Shown: in pieces, positions 27,171 through 40,827 of the stretch
Position numbering within the stretch: position 1 is the stretch's first letter
How the letters are laid out: each line of letters starts with the position of its first letter
Source of the DNA: Lama glama
Lineage: Eukaryota
Reading direction: 5' to 3'
Assembly: GCA_028534125.1 (NCBI GenBank)
Contig: CM052817.1
Span: forward strand, 28,212,001-28,276,000
DNA length: 64,000 bases
Program-made: the position numbers and the translations under genes
The notes under the pieces: model-generated
Database searches by the model: none
Seen by the model: the letters and a program-made list of their open reading frames with translations, nothing else
What the model was told of the DNA's origin: nothing

Positions 27171-28339
27171 GTAATTGTGCTTTTAGCAACTTATTTTTAG
27201 TAATCAAAATGTTCAACACATTCTGATGATAATTGAGTTTCCCTAATTGAATTTTTCCCTGCATGTTCTTAGAAATATGTAACAAGATACGTGTAGCAGC
27301 TTTAATTTGCTACCCCCTGCCAGTAGGTTTGCTCCAGCTCCAGTGGCTTTACTGCTAGTGTGTAACAACCTCGTAGTATTAGGTGGGAACTCCAGGCAGC
27401 TTTATCAGAGCCCAATTCTCTGTAACAGAGATGCTGATGAGGTGCTTCAAGTCAGGCCATTGTCTTGAAGCACATACACAAATTTTCATTTAAATTATTT
27501 CATTTTCACCACGGCCCAACTCATTATTTCTAAAGATTACAGAAAAATTGATTTCTCCCAAGGTGCACCTTTTAATTTTGTTCCTATACTTATAATGACA
27601 ACATCTGAGAAATACTTATTTAAATATAGCATATGTCAAATCAGAATGCAATGAGGAAGCCCTTAATACCTCTCTGCTCAACTATTTTATCAGCCTATTT
27701 CTCTCTATGTGTAGGATAAAATATATATATATTTTATAGTCTGAACTAGGACACCTTGAGGGTGAAAAGGGTGCATGGATGATTATCCTGGGACAGCCAA
27801 CATGAACCAAGACGTTCCCCGGTGAACTACGCAAGGTGGTTTCGTGGTGTCTGTGTGCCACGACCAGCTCTTTTTGGTCCAGTTTCCTTTGCTGACCTCA
27901 CTTCTGATTCTCTCCCACTCCTTCCACTCTGTGGTTTATTCCTGCCCTTCCTTTGTGCGAGCTGCTCTGTCTGCCTAGCCTGCCCCTGTTCCAGTTCCTC
28001 ATTTCCTTCTACCATCTTCAGGGCCCACCTGTAGTAACACCTCTTCCCCACATTATTCCTGATCGCTCCCTACTTTGAATTCCTGTATCTCTCTTTTTCT
28101 TGGGTACTTGTAAAGGCTTTTAATTTTTGTATTACTTTCCTTTGGGTATTTGGTTCATACCCCAAATGAACTCTATGCTCCTTGGTTTTAGGAATCATGT
28201 TTTACTCATATTGTAGTCTTGCCCAGAAGGACAAACACAATGAGAGTGTGTACTTGATAACCTAAAACTCCTTTTGGCAATAACATCTGTGTAGATGGGG
28301 TCCCTGTACTTTTGTCCCTTTACTCCAACTCCATGAAAC

Positions 28340-29810
28340 TATCCATTTGGGTTAATATGTATCTTTTTAAGTCATTTAACTTGGTTCATGTGTATTCTAT
28401 TCTCTGCACATTTTTATATATTTATACAAATAATGTTACACAATATACCTAATGGTGTTTCAAATTATTTTCTCTAGGCACTTGTGTTTAAGAGCCATCT
28501 ATGTTGCTATGTGAACATTGACTCCATTTCTTGTATCTGCTGCATACTTCTCTATGATGGTGCTGTCGAATAGAACTTTCTTTGATGGTGGAAATGTTTT
28601 ATATCTGTCCTAACCAAAATAGTAGTCACTGGCTGCGTGTGGCTATTGAGCACTTAAAGTGTGGCTAATGTGACTGAAAAACTGAATTTTTAATTTTGTT
28701 TAATTTTACTTGATTTAAATTTAAATTCAAATAACCATGTCTGGCTAATGGCTCCTGTTTTGGACAGAGCAGCTCCGTGAAGCCCACCCACTATTTTTTA
28801 TCTATCCACCTTCCCCAGATGCCTTCCAATTCCTCTCTCAAACAAACAATGCTGTAAGGAACAGCCTTGAACATGTTCCTTTGTGGATTTCTCTGAGAGT
28901 AGAAATTGCTGGATAACAGCTTATGCACCTTCTGAGCTCTTCAGGTAGTGCCAGATGGCTCTCCATTATAGTTGTACAGTTATCAACACTCCCTCCTGCA
29001 GAGAAAGGGGTGTCATGTGTTCCCACATTCCTGACAATATTTTACGTTGTTCTATAGTTCCTGCCAGAGTGGAAGGTATAGAGATACATTGCCTTATCAT
29101 TTTATGTTTTTCCGGTTACCGTTGGGTTTGGGCATTTCAGTGTATGCTTGTTAAATTTTCACATTTCTTCTTCTTTAAGATGTGTATTCTCATCCTTGCC
29201 CATTAAACGCCTTGGAATTGTCTTTTTGTTGTTGTTGATGATGATTTTTAGAAGATCCTTCTATACTCTGGGTATTAACTTTTTGCTGATTTTAGCCATT
29301 GTCAGTATTTCCTTCTCTCTCTTCAGTTTCTTTCATGGTGTCCTTCATCCAACAGAAATCCTCTGATATAATCAAATCCACCACTTTTCCTTATGCTTTG
29401 TGCTTCTGAGCTTTTATTTATGAAGTATCCTTCTGTCTTAAGGTCACAAAGACATTGTACTACATTTTCCTCTATTAAGTTTATAATTTTCACATCTAGT
29501 TATTTTCTTCATGTAGAATCCGTTTCTATTATCTTACATATGATTAGTTAGCTTCAACATCTATTAAATAATCTATTATTTCCTTATTGCTTGTTATTAC
29601 CAATTTCATATTATAGGAAATCCCCATATCTACTTGGGTCTTTTAGCTTTCTAATCATTCCATCGATGTATTTGTTTCTTGTTGTACCTGGTATCATACT
29701 GTTTTTATTTCAGTGGTTTAATAGTATCATTTAGAGTCTTATACAGTGAAGTCCCTCATTACTCTTCTTTTTAAAGATTGATGACTGATTTAGCTATACA
29801 TGGACTTTAT
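28340..29810 (-). mobile_element. Old degraded L1 (L1M-type) fragment interrupted by MER3
   Basis: L1-antisense motifs such as gagtagaaattgctggata, gccagatggctctcc, tgtgtattctcatccttgccca and taaggtcacaaagaca. Confidence 0.6.
28558..28772 (+). mobile_element. MER3 (hAT-Charlie MITE)
   Basis: gctgtcgaatagaactttct...gtggctattgagcactt...ttggacagagcag with terminal inverted repeats. Degenerate 8-bp TSD ctctatga / ctccgtga. Confidence 0.85.
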
Positions 29811-32800
29811 TTCAGAATCTATAATTCCTCAATTCTGCAACTTGATTAACATCACCATGCTATATATTAACATAACCTCTCTCCTTTCCTTATCTCAAAG
29901 AATTTTGGAAAGGAGATTGTATGCTCTTCATTAAGTCTGTCTCAATTCTACAGATGACATAAATAAGCCACAAACATTTAAGACTGTTCTTAATGTTGAA
30001 AAGAATGGTATAATACTGGCTTCTACCATTAGTAGGAGTTGGAATGTGCTATAACTCTGTTGGACTACTTTGCCCATACAACAAAACTAGAGAATTTGCA
30101 GCTGTTCAAAAAAGCCCTACTCTGCCTGTGAGGGTGCTGGGGTTTAAAGCAAATCAACCCAGGCAAAGGGATTAGCCCTGGAGAAGCAGCTGGAAGAACC
30201 AAGAAAGTGGAAAAGACAAGATTCAGATCCAAACCTCATTCTTGGCTTTTGGCAATGAAGCCGGGTTAAGTGTTCCTGAGGCAGGAAACACTGGAGTCTT
30301 TACTAAATGAAAAGTAATATTCTTGGCATTGTATGTATTAAGTTATTGAAACCTTGCAATAATTCTGCAAGATGTGTTCTGTTATTACTCTTGCTTTACC
30401 GATAAGGGAATGGAGGCCAAGAATTAATTCATTTGCTCAAGACCTTACAGATAGTGTTTGATTCATGGTTCTAATCAGTCTACTCCATGATCTTAACCAT
30501 GAATCTATGCAGCTGTCACTCTCAAATTAACTGATGTAGGTATCTGGGAACTTTGATCATACATGGCAGAAACCAAGACCCAGGTGGGGTGTTTACTGGG
30601 AGGTAGACAGATTACTAGGACCAGGGAACAAACTGGATTTTACTTGGCTCTTATACTAGTAGTGGCATCATGGAAGATGGGTAAATTGATGATAACTTCA
30701 GAGAGAAACCAGACAGCTCTACCAAAATCTAATTTGCTGTTACTTGGGTGCTGCCTCCTAGACTTTAACTGCCCTGGTCTTTGTAATTCAAGCCCCAGTT
30801 TTCAGCAGTTATAATGGAGAGGAAAGAGGCTTAGTAGTTGCAATTAAGTTATCAGACATGGTATCAGCAAATCATTTCAAGTTCTCTGGCGCAAGAATCC
30901 TAGTACACATCCCACACAAGTGAAAGCTGCTCTGGGAAGCTGAGTGGGCCTGGCTCACTGATGAAGATTGTCAGTGGCCTCAAACATCAGGAGTTGTCCA
31001 AAGGCAGCAGAGGCTGGTGAAATACGGCAGTAGCTGGTATGAGACTTGGGTGCAACAAGGCTAGCTGCACCGGTGGGGATTCTGCTTCTGAAGCAGTTTG
31101 CCAGGGATCCTCCCAATAAAGTATGAGTTCCATGTGGACCCAGATTCTCGTCTGTTTTGTTCTGTTCTTCACCTCTAGAGCCTAGGATAGGAACTGGGAA
31201 ATCATGGGCACCTAATAAACATTCGTGGAGTGAGTAGATGAATAAATCTTCTTTCATCCCACGTGTTTTTTTTTTTTTTGAGAAGGCAAAGCAGTTACTT
31301 GATGAAAAAGAAGAGAAAAGGAATTATTTTATGCAAGAGAATGCTTGGATGAAAAGAGTGAATAAAAACACCATAAAAACACTGGGGGTAAATTTTATTT
31401 ATTTATGTATTTATGTATTTATTCACATTACTAAGCAGGCTGAAGAGCAAAAGCAAAGAGGTGTCTAAGGATTCCCCCCAGACAATAACCAAGATGGCAG
31501 CTGATCCTGCTGGTGCCCACACGGAGACCAGGCGAGCCCCGAGATGTATTAGCAATGTATTGGCAGGTACTGAATTAAAGATCTCAGATGGTAGAGAAAC
31601 TCTAAGTAAGCTTTGGATTTGCTATTTTTTTAAAACATAAGCAAACATTTTGTTGTCATTGCTAGTGAGGTTACCAACATAGTGTCCAGTTTCTGTACTT
31701 TTTTTCTTTTAAAGTCTGATTTGTTTTTCATGAAGAACAGGGGTGAGATTTCCAGCTACACGCTGAGGATGCTGGCCGTGGCTCCGGCTGTCTAAGCAGG
31801 GCACTGGAGCTATCAGAGACTGTCCTGACCCTCCCTGGAGAGCACCACTGAAGGTGATGTTCCCTCTCTGTGGGGTGCGCGGCCACGGCACGTTCAGAGA
31901 CTACAGCAGCAGAGTACCACCTACTCACCTGGGAAATCAGGCCATGCTGCCTCTCTCTGAAATTGGAACATCTTTTTAAGTAAGGTTGTGGCAGTATTCC
32001 CGCTCGGTCAGTACTCAGACTCATCCATCAGACTTACACACACTTAGGAATATAAGCAACACATTTCCTCTGGGTCAGCATTTTGTTCAGTGGCTTCTTT
32101 CCCAACTCTACAAATTGAGGATACTAGAAATCCTAATTATCAGGAAACAGTGCTTATTAACAGCTTGGTCAGACAGAGAGGTGTTTATTAGGTGCTTAAT
32201 GAGCATTTGCTGAATTAAATTGTTGAGTACAGTTTAAAACAAAATACATAGAGGTGAATCTTCCAGAGGTGGGATTATATGCCAAGTGTGCAGTCTCTGA
32301 CAATCTGCTCCACCAAGTAGATCTGCCTCACAGACAATCTAGATGATGGGGTTTGTGGCAACAGAGACTCAGATAAGTTGCCTCCTGTTTGGCAGAATAC
32401 TTAAGAGACTTTCTAACTCTTCTAAAGTACAATTGGATGATCTGCGGTTAAAAATAAGAAGTGCGATCATTTCTTGATCTTGAAGAAGACTCTGAAGACT
32501 CTTGATCTTAGCACCCTCGTTCTATGGTAGATAACAGCAAAAACTCTTTCTATTGATGACATTTAAATTTGTGATACAAAGGAAATCCATTGGACAGTAA
32601 TTCATGAACCCCACCCTTGTTCCCTCGTCCCCTTGATCCTCCGTTAGAGACACAGAAATTCTTGTGTGCTTCATTTCAATGACTGCAGTATGGAGTGGCC
32701 TTTCCAAAGATCACAAATCAGTTTTCTAAAATAAAATTAGTATATAAATACTAAAAGCAACATTGTCATTTTTAAAGGGACCCACAAACAGACCAAGACC

Positions 32801-33376
32801 ATCCTAAAATAATGTCGTCAGAATCTCTGCAATGCTATGAGGTCTGCTTTGCACTTGAAGAGTTGTTGAGAAGATTTGATGAGTTAACTCATGTAAAGTG
32901 AATAAAGCATTGTCTGGTACATAGTAACCACTTAATATGATTGTTAGTCATTATTTCAGTAATAAATCTTTATTTTTAGCTGAGAGGAAATAAAGAGAAC
33001 AAGGAAGTCTCTGGTTCACTGCTATATCTTCTATGCCTCGCACAGTGCCTGGTAACGTGGATATATTTTTGGAATAAGCCCACTATATATTTATTTTTTA
33101 AAAGCCCCTTGCGATCTACCTCAGTAAAGTCAATAAAATAAACAGACAAAAAAGTGTCTCACCAAACATATATGAACAGAAACAGGTAAAAGAGGATGCT
33201 TTCTTACTCCTTTTTTCTTGAACTCCACCCCAAAATGACTGCCTCTGCCCAAACCACTCTTCAGATGAGGGACATTCCATAGATTCAGTACTTTCTAGGG
33301 TGCTATTTTCAACCAAGTCTGCATGGGTTCTGGCTTTACTGGACACCAGGACACTGAAGAGCTACCCTAGATTTCT

Positions 33377-33499
33377 TTTTTTTTTATTTTAAGTTTTTGA
33401 AGGGGGGGGAGGTAAATCATTTTATTTATTTATTTACTTTTAATGGATGTACTGGGGGTTGAACCCAGGACCTCTTCCACTGAGATATAACTTACCCCT
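33377..33499 (-). mobile_element. tRNA-derived camelid-type SINE (vic-1-like) with internal deletion and perfect 15-bp TSD
   Basis: The minus strand carries a B-box-like GGTTCAACCC and an A-rich tail. TSD ctaccctagatttct at 33362-33376 and 33500-33514. Confidence 0.85.
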
Positions 33500-34904
33500 C
33501 TACCCTAGATTTCTAAATTGTTGAAGGTCGCAGTTTCTGTAGTCAACCTCTTCACTGAAAGTGGAAATCTGTTTTGTTGCTACTAATAATGGCTATCGTT
33601 AACTTCAGTTATTATTCCTTCCTCCAACCTAGAACATTGTCCAGGTTTGGGGAATTTCCTAGCTCTTTTTCCATCTTGCACCGAGGACAAAACTGTCTAC
33701 TGAGCAATTGGACTTAAAACAAAGGAGCATCTCACGTAAGCCAGATCTCTCTCCTTGTTGGAACTCTTTTAAATTGGAACCAGAGTTCCAGTATAACAAA
33801 AGCACACTCTGAAGGAGATGGCTAGGAGTGGCTGAGTTATCTACTGTTACTAGAAGAACAAGTAGAATAGGTTGTACTGGATGATGTAACAGGAATAGGA
33901 TTCCTGGAGGCTGATAGAGCACTGGGGGAGCCTTGGTGGGTGCCCTCGAGACCCACTCCACCCCCACCCCAACTTCTGCATCAGTCACAGCATTCATCCT
34001 TTTAACTATTTTGCATTTGGGGAATCCCATGTAATATATTATTTGGGGAAAAAATTGGATGTAAGTGAAGGTTGAAAACTACTGTTACAGAGGAGAGAAC
34101 ATAGAATTTGCTCCAATTTCCAAATTTGAAATTCTCTGGTGACCTGAACATTTCTTTTATTCATTAAGAGCCTTTATTTCATCATTTGTGAAATGAAGTA
34201 GTCTCTACTACATCAGGTTGGTGTGAGGATTGGGTATAGGCTGTAAGGCTGTGTAAGCCATCCTTTTCCTCTCCCGGGCTTATGGCTGACAAAGCTAATT
34301 TCTCTTGAGAATGGAAGTGGCCTCAGAATCTTTCCAAAACACCAGAATTCACATGGGAATTGAAACACACTTACTCTCCCTTTCTTACAGTAGCAAGACC
34401 TTAAACCATAAGGCTAAGAATAGAAGTGTTTAAATAAAGTGACTATATGGATGGTAGAAAACAGTTGTGTCATGTGACCACATGCAATTTAGCTTGAGGC
34501 AGCAGTCAATAAAAGTCCCTCTAAGTAATGATTTATCAATGAAATAGTGACTAATAAAAACTAACCTTTTTGAGTGACTAATATGTGCCAGGCAGTGTTC
34601 ATAAATTAACTTATAAAATTGTCTCTACAACCCTTTAAGTAAAAGACAGTTCTCATCATAGCATTGCATAGATTCTGATGACACTATTTTAGGATGACCT
34701 TGGTCTATTAGTGTCTCCCTTTAAAAGTGACACTGTTGTTTTCAGTATTTATACATTAATTTTATTTTAGGAAATTTATTTATTCTGAATTATGGACAAA
34801 CTATTAAGAAATGGTAAAGTCATCAGACAAATTTAACATTTGATATTTTGGCCCTTTGAAAGTAATCTTTGTAAGTCATATTGCAGGCCCATGATATAAA
34901 GTAA

Positions 34905-35542
34905 TGTTACTGAACCAAACTTGGTTCCGCTCGCCCACCAATCTGCTGACACTGGGTTGTGATGAAGGAAAGTATAGCATTTAGCATAAGGTGCTGAGCA
35001 AGGAGAATGGGGAGCTTGTGCTCAAAAGACTTGAACTCCTCTGTGGCTTTCAGGGAAGGTTTTTGAAGACAAAGTGAGAGAGAAGGTCATAAGGTGGCTG
35101 ATCAGCTCATGGACATCCTTCTGATTGGCTGGTGGTGAGGTAATAGAGTGGTATTTCAGGAGTTAACATCATGAACCTTCTGGTTCCAACCAGTCCAGGG
35201 TCTACGTGCTGGTGGTCAGCATGCAGTGAACTTCTTCCACTTGGTAGGGGTCTTAGTCTCTGCAAAAACAATGCAATGATACAGCTCAGGATTTTATCTA
35301 CAGCAGTTGAGGAGGAACTAAAAGTCCTTGAGTTTATTTTATGGCTAAACTATTATTATTTTGTCTTGCTTGACTGCTTTCCTTTGTTTCTGCATTTTCT
35401 CACTTCTCTGATTAAATTTGCTCTTTAGAATTCAGGGAAGGCCTAGGGGTCTAAATCTTTTCTATGAACAGGAGGTGGAGGACGCACTGAGGAGGCGGGA
35501 GTCTGTCCTCAGGAAGGACCTGTAGGGTCCTGCTCGGTTTCA
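34905..35542 (-). mobile_element. ERV1-class solo LTR (638 bp) in the GRXCR1 last intron
   Basis: TG...CA termini with exact 4-bp TSD GTAA (34901-34904 / 35543-35546) and a CCAAT box on the minus strand (ctgattggct). Confidence 0.85.
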
Positions 35543-35852
35543 GTAATTTTTTAATTTCGTTGCATCATCATTTGGAATTCCCTGGGTTAAGAGCCTGGTG
35601 TCTGGAGTGAGTGGCATAGCGAGGGAGTGAGTGTAGGAAGCTTCCTAGCCCTCACGTTCATTCTGGCTTTATTGTTCTTTGCTTGCCATTGTAAATATGT
35701 TTATGGGAGAACATACGCTATTCAAGAATTTGAAAACATTGAAACATTATACTGGGTGTAAAGATACTGAAATGATTTATACTGGTTGGTAAATAGTTGC
35801 TACTCCAAGACTCTCAAGCATCTCTCCTCTTCCCTGACTGCAACTCCCCTAT

Positions 35853-36043
35853 AAGGGTTGTCAGATAAAATATAGGATGCCCACTTACATTTAAACCTCA
35901 GGTAAATCATGAATAATTTTTTTAGTGTAAGCATGTCTCATGAAATATTTGGCACATACTTATATAAAAATTTATCTGTGGTCTATCTGCAATTCAAATT
36001 AACTGGGCAACTCATTTTTTTAATTGCAGAATTTGACAATCAC
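35853..36043. mobile_element. MER53 (palindromic hAT-type MITE)
   Basis: agggttgtcagataaaatataggatgccca...atttggcacatacttat...aattcaaattaactgggc...tttgacaatc, a near-palindrome. Confidence 0.85.
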
Positions 36044-37890
36044 ACTCTGCTTGGTACCCAGGTCTATTTATAATCCAGCACTGATGAGTGAAGTCCTGGA
36101 CTTCACTATAAGTCCTTTTTTCCAGGCCTTAAGCAGTCCAGCATCTGTTCTGACTAGTTGGTATTCTTTTTGTACAACTCATTAAATATTTGGAACATAA
36201 CCTCTGGCATGGCTCTGATGCATGTCAAGGGTATATATCTACCTTATCATATTCTTTCTAAAATTTGATAAGAATACCATTACTTATTAAATCTCTTATA
36301 TTTTGCTTTTGGACTATACTTTTTCTATCGCTTTTATTGTTTTTACCCAAAGTTATTTTTCCTACAGACATTTTGATATAATGCAAAATTGTAAGTCCAG
36401 TACATCATTTTTGGGTCAAATTCTTGCACAAAGAAATGACAAAAAACCCATCTACAAAGAATCTAAATTGCTATATATGATCTAGATCTAACTTTTTGGA
36501 AGAGCTTTGAATCAACAAACGTGACAGTGTTCTTTGTGTCATTCAGATTGGCAACCACTACTTTTCATCAAAGTAATTCTGTGCCACTCAAAATGAGATG
36601 TGACATGGATTTTGCGCTCTTGATGTAACAGCTAAGTCAAACTGTAATTGCAAATGAATCTTGCTACATACAGAATATGCACATCTGAAAAGTGGTCTGG
36701 GAATATATAAATTATAAGGCAATCATACAGGGTACTAATTACAATAAAATTATAGTTTTTCCTGGGGAAAAGCTTCTTGCTGGGGAAATGGTGGGTTAAA
36801 TCTAGTTAATCAATTTCCTTTTCAGCTGGATTTTTTGAAGACTTTAGTAAGTAAGATTGTGAACCTCGAGAGAAAAGTTTTATGTATGTCTAAGTATGTA
36901 AGATATGTTTGAGTGTGCTTGTGTGTGTATGTGTTTGTGTGTGTGTGCAAGTAGCTACATTTCTCAAACTTATTTTAGCAATTATTCCTGTCACAGACAG
37001 GACTGCAAACATTACTGCAGATTCCTATTTTGCAAGTCAAAAACTCGATATTAACTCACATTCTCTTTGTATTCATTCCTTAATGGCTCCTAATTTCCCC
37101 CCAGCAGATGGTTTGGGTGGACTCCATCAAAGGTCACATGCTCAAAAAATTAAATAGAAATGTGTGTGGATACTTTTCAAAATATCCTTAACATACTTTT
37201 TAGTTAATTTCATTATACTATAATGGGTACTTTATGTTTACTTGAGGTGGAAAGGCTGATAGCTATGATGGGAAGTTTTATGGACTTGGATAAATGTCTT
37301 AAGATGTCTATGACTGTTTCTTTAAATATAAAACAAGGACAGTGATGCTTGAGTAGCTGCTTTACAGAAGAAGGTGTCGGTATATGTGCAGAGTAGGATG
37401 AGGGAAGATTCATGCATTTGAAATTGCTTTTTTAAAAAACAAAGCGTTATTCACATGTGTGATATGATGATGACTCTTCAGTTGACAGTGGCTCCTCCAC
37501 ACTCCAGCTTTCTGTTTTCTGACTTTCTAGACTCAGTATTAGTGATCTTATGCTGTAAACAAAGACACAAAACTGTGGAGAAGTGCTAAAGGGAGAGTTA
37601 CAGTATTTTCCTTTAATACGAATCAAGTCTCCTAAATTGTTTGGCTCCCAAATGTGGGTTTTCAGAAGATGGATTTCTTGAAGTATATGCCCTTTACCCT
37701 AATGTACCAGCCTTTCCAGACTGGGCTCATGCTTTTGATGGCCACCAATGAGATAAGAAAGGGAACTTCAGCTAGCCTTTCCCTAGGCTGTATCGCACAC
37801 TCATGGTCGGTGATTTCAAGTCCGCAGCCATGATGTGCCGGTACCGTTGTGTGACCATCCCCAGGACAGAGAGATGGGAGGGCTGAGTGA

Positions 37891-38124
<234 letters not shown>

Positions 38125-38220
38125 ACAGAGCCGCCACGCAGGCGCGCCTCGTTTCATTGAATGACAGCAATAATGTGATTTGTACTTTTTTTTGTAAATG
38201 GTTCTGTTTCTGGATTAATC

Positions 38221-38226
38221 AATAAA
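38221..38226 (+). terminator. Likely GRXCR1 polyadenylation signal (AATAAA), giving a 3'UTR of roughly 120 nt
   Basis: First AATAAA, ~96 nt after the stop codon, followed by T/GT-rich sequence. Confidence 0.65.
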
Positions 38227-38964
38227 CTTTGTTTATTATAATTTCCTCTGTTTGGAATTTTTGCTGTGACCACTTTCATTGATTTATTAAATAAATGTTT
38301 ATTCAACAGCTACAATGTGCCAAGCCCTGTGCCAGGCCCTGGTTTCTAACTGGAATTAATGGAGGGCCCAATAAAATTCCAAGATATCCCCAGTATGGTT
38401 CCCTAAATAAGTGTTTGATTTTCTAAAGAAAATATGAAATATAGCTAATGGTGTCTGTTATGATGCCACACTATTGTCTAGGGAAGAGGGTGCTGGCTGG
38501 TGGGAAGACAAGTTATCTTACTTAGTAAATTTTCTTAAAGCTGTAAAATCATCTTGGAGCTGATGATATTAATGAAAAATCATTGATGTTACCCAATGAA
38601 TGTCTTGGTGATGAAGCAAAAGTGGCAGAAGATTTATCTGGATTTATTTTTTTAAATATCTGTTTTGTACTACGGTCACTGAAAACCCTCCAAAAAGAAG
38701 TTATGTCTCTTGAACTGGACGGAAAATATAACACAGTTTGAACACACAGTAAACAATGTTAGCAAAGTGGACAAAATGAAATTTTGCTATAATTATTAGC
38801 TGATGCCTACCTGTCCATGTCTGTACTCTGATGGATTCCCTTATGGATGATTTTAATAAGACACTTTCACAATATCTGTGATAAGGTTATAAAAGTACTT
38901 TACATCTTGGTTTTGCAAAAAGCTATACATGTTTATCAAGTGTTTTCTAATCAGCCAGGCACAG

Positions 38965-39302
38965 CAGAATATACCATGTTTATGGATAGGAAGATAGCAT
39001 TTTAAAGATGTCTATAGTTTCAATGCAATCTTATTTAAAATCCCACCAGATTTTGTGTAGAATGTGACCAATAATTCTAAATTCATATAAAAATGCGAAC
39101 AATCTAGAGTGCCCAAGAAAATTTTGAACAAATAAAATAAGTATAGACAAATAGGTCCATGGGGTAGAACAGAGAATACTGAAATAGACACACACATTCA
39201 CATCAAATTGATGTCAGTTTGATTTTTGCCAGTTCAAGGGATGGGGAACAGAAATCTTTTTTTAACAAATAGTGCTGGAGCTACTATATTCCTGTGTGGG
39301 AA
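38965..39302 (+). mobile_element. Old L1 ORF2 fragment running into a gap
   Basis: ataccatgtttatggataggaaga...ttcaatgcaatc...attctaaattcata...caaatagtgctgg, degenerate L1 ORF2. Confidence 0.7.
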
Positions 39303-39802
39303 NNNNNNNNNNNNNNNNNNNNNNNNNNNNNNNNNNNNNNNNNNNNNNNNNNNNNNNNNNNNNNNNNNNNNNNNNNNNNNNNNNNNNNNNNNNNNNNNNN
39401 NNNNNNNNNNNNNNNNNNNNNNNNNNNNNNNNNNNNNNNNNNNNNNNNNNNNNNNNNNNNNNNNNNNNNNNNNNNNNNNNNNNNNNNNNNNNNNNNNNNN
39501 NNNNNNNNNNNNNNNNNNNNNNNNNNNNNNNNNNNNNNNNNNNNNNNNNNNNNNNNNNNNNNNNNNNNNNNNNNNNNNNNNNNNNNNNNNNNNNNNNNNN
39601 NNNNNNNNNNNNNNNNNNNNNNNNNNNNNNNNNNNNNNNNNNNNNNNNNNNNNNNNNNNNNNNNNNNNNNNNNNNNNNNNNNNNNNNNNNNNNNNNNNNN
39701 NNNNNNNNNNNNNNNNNNNNNNNNNNNNNNNNNNNNNNNNNNNNNNNNNNNNNNNNNNNNNNNNNNNNNNNNNNNNNNNNNNNNNNNNNNNNNNNNNNNN
39801 NN
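39303..39802. other. Assembly gap (500 N)
   Basis: Run of N. Confidence 1.
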
Positions 39803-40827
39803 TTCTGAAGTTATGTTTTACATGCTGTCTACCTATGAAACTAAAAGAAATATGTCTTCTCACTTCAGCAGAGAGCAGATTTAAGTAAATTAACATTGTA
39901 ATGGAAATTTGATATTTATGTATTAAAAACTTTACATAACGAACATATATATTTGCATGTATACATGTGTGTATAGACGTACGCCTATATATGTGTGTAT
40001 ATATGTATATAAACTACACACACACACACACACACAGGGCCATTTTGGTGTTTTTATCTGAGAGGAAAAGCCAACTACCAGAATTGCTTCTGGGACGTAT
40101 TAAGAAGAGTCTAGGTCTTCTGCCAGCATTTACTTACCTGTGTCAAGACTGGGTGAGAGGAAACGCTGGGCAAACTGGAATTTGGGAATCCGTGCCATGC
40201 ATCTCTTACCCAGATATGCATATCTAGGAGTGGGTTAAAAAAATCAAACAAAACACTGTTTTCCCTGCCTCTTATTGCTTCTTGCTGCCAGTTTCAGAAT
40301 CTTCAGATTTTTTTTCTTCTCTGAAGTTACTCCCAGAAAGCGCTTGCTGCCTGCATTAGGGGACAGTAAGGGTTGTCGAAGCTCTACTTGGACTGAAAGA
40401 AAGCAGAGAGCAGTCGTGCAGCAGATGTTCACAGCAAGGATGCTGGCTTGTCGGCTGTTCACAGAAATAGCAATGAACCTGTGAGACCCAAGGAGGAAAG
40501 AACACACCTAGGACATCAGAACAACTTGTACTAGCAATCAAGAGACTCTGAGGAAACCCAGATGGGACATTTTTTCTATGGAAGGTGGACTCTGTGGTCC
40601 TCACTAGCCTGCAGGTTATAACGTTTCCACAGATGACAAGGGGCGTCCCACTCGTGTGCAACATGGAGTTCCCAAGTCACAGAGACCGAGTCGGTGTTCA
40701 GCTGTATCTTACTGAGGACGGCATGAAGGACCCAGGACAGGGCAGAGCAAGCAGCCTAGGAAAGATGTGTCAGCAGGACGCTAGCTTCTGCCTGATCCCA
40801 TGGAAACCTCTGGAGCACGAACTATAG

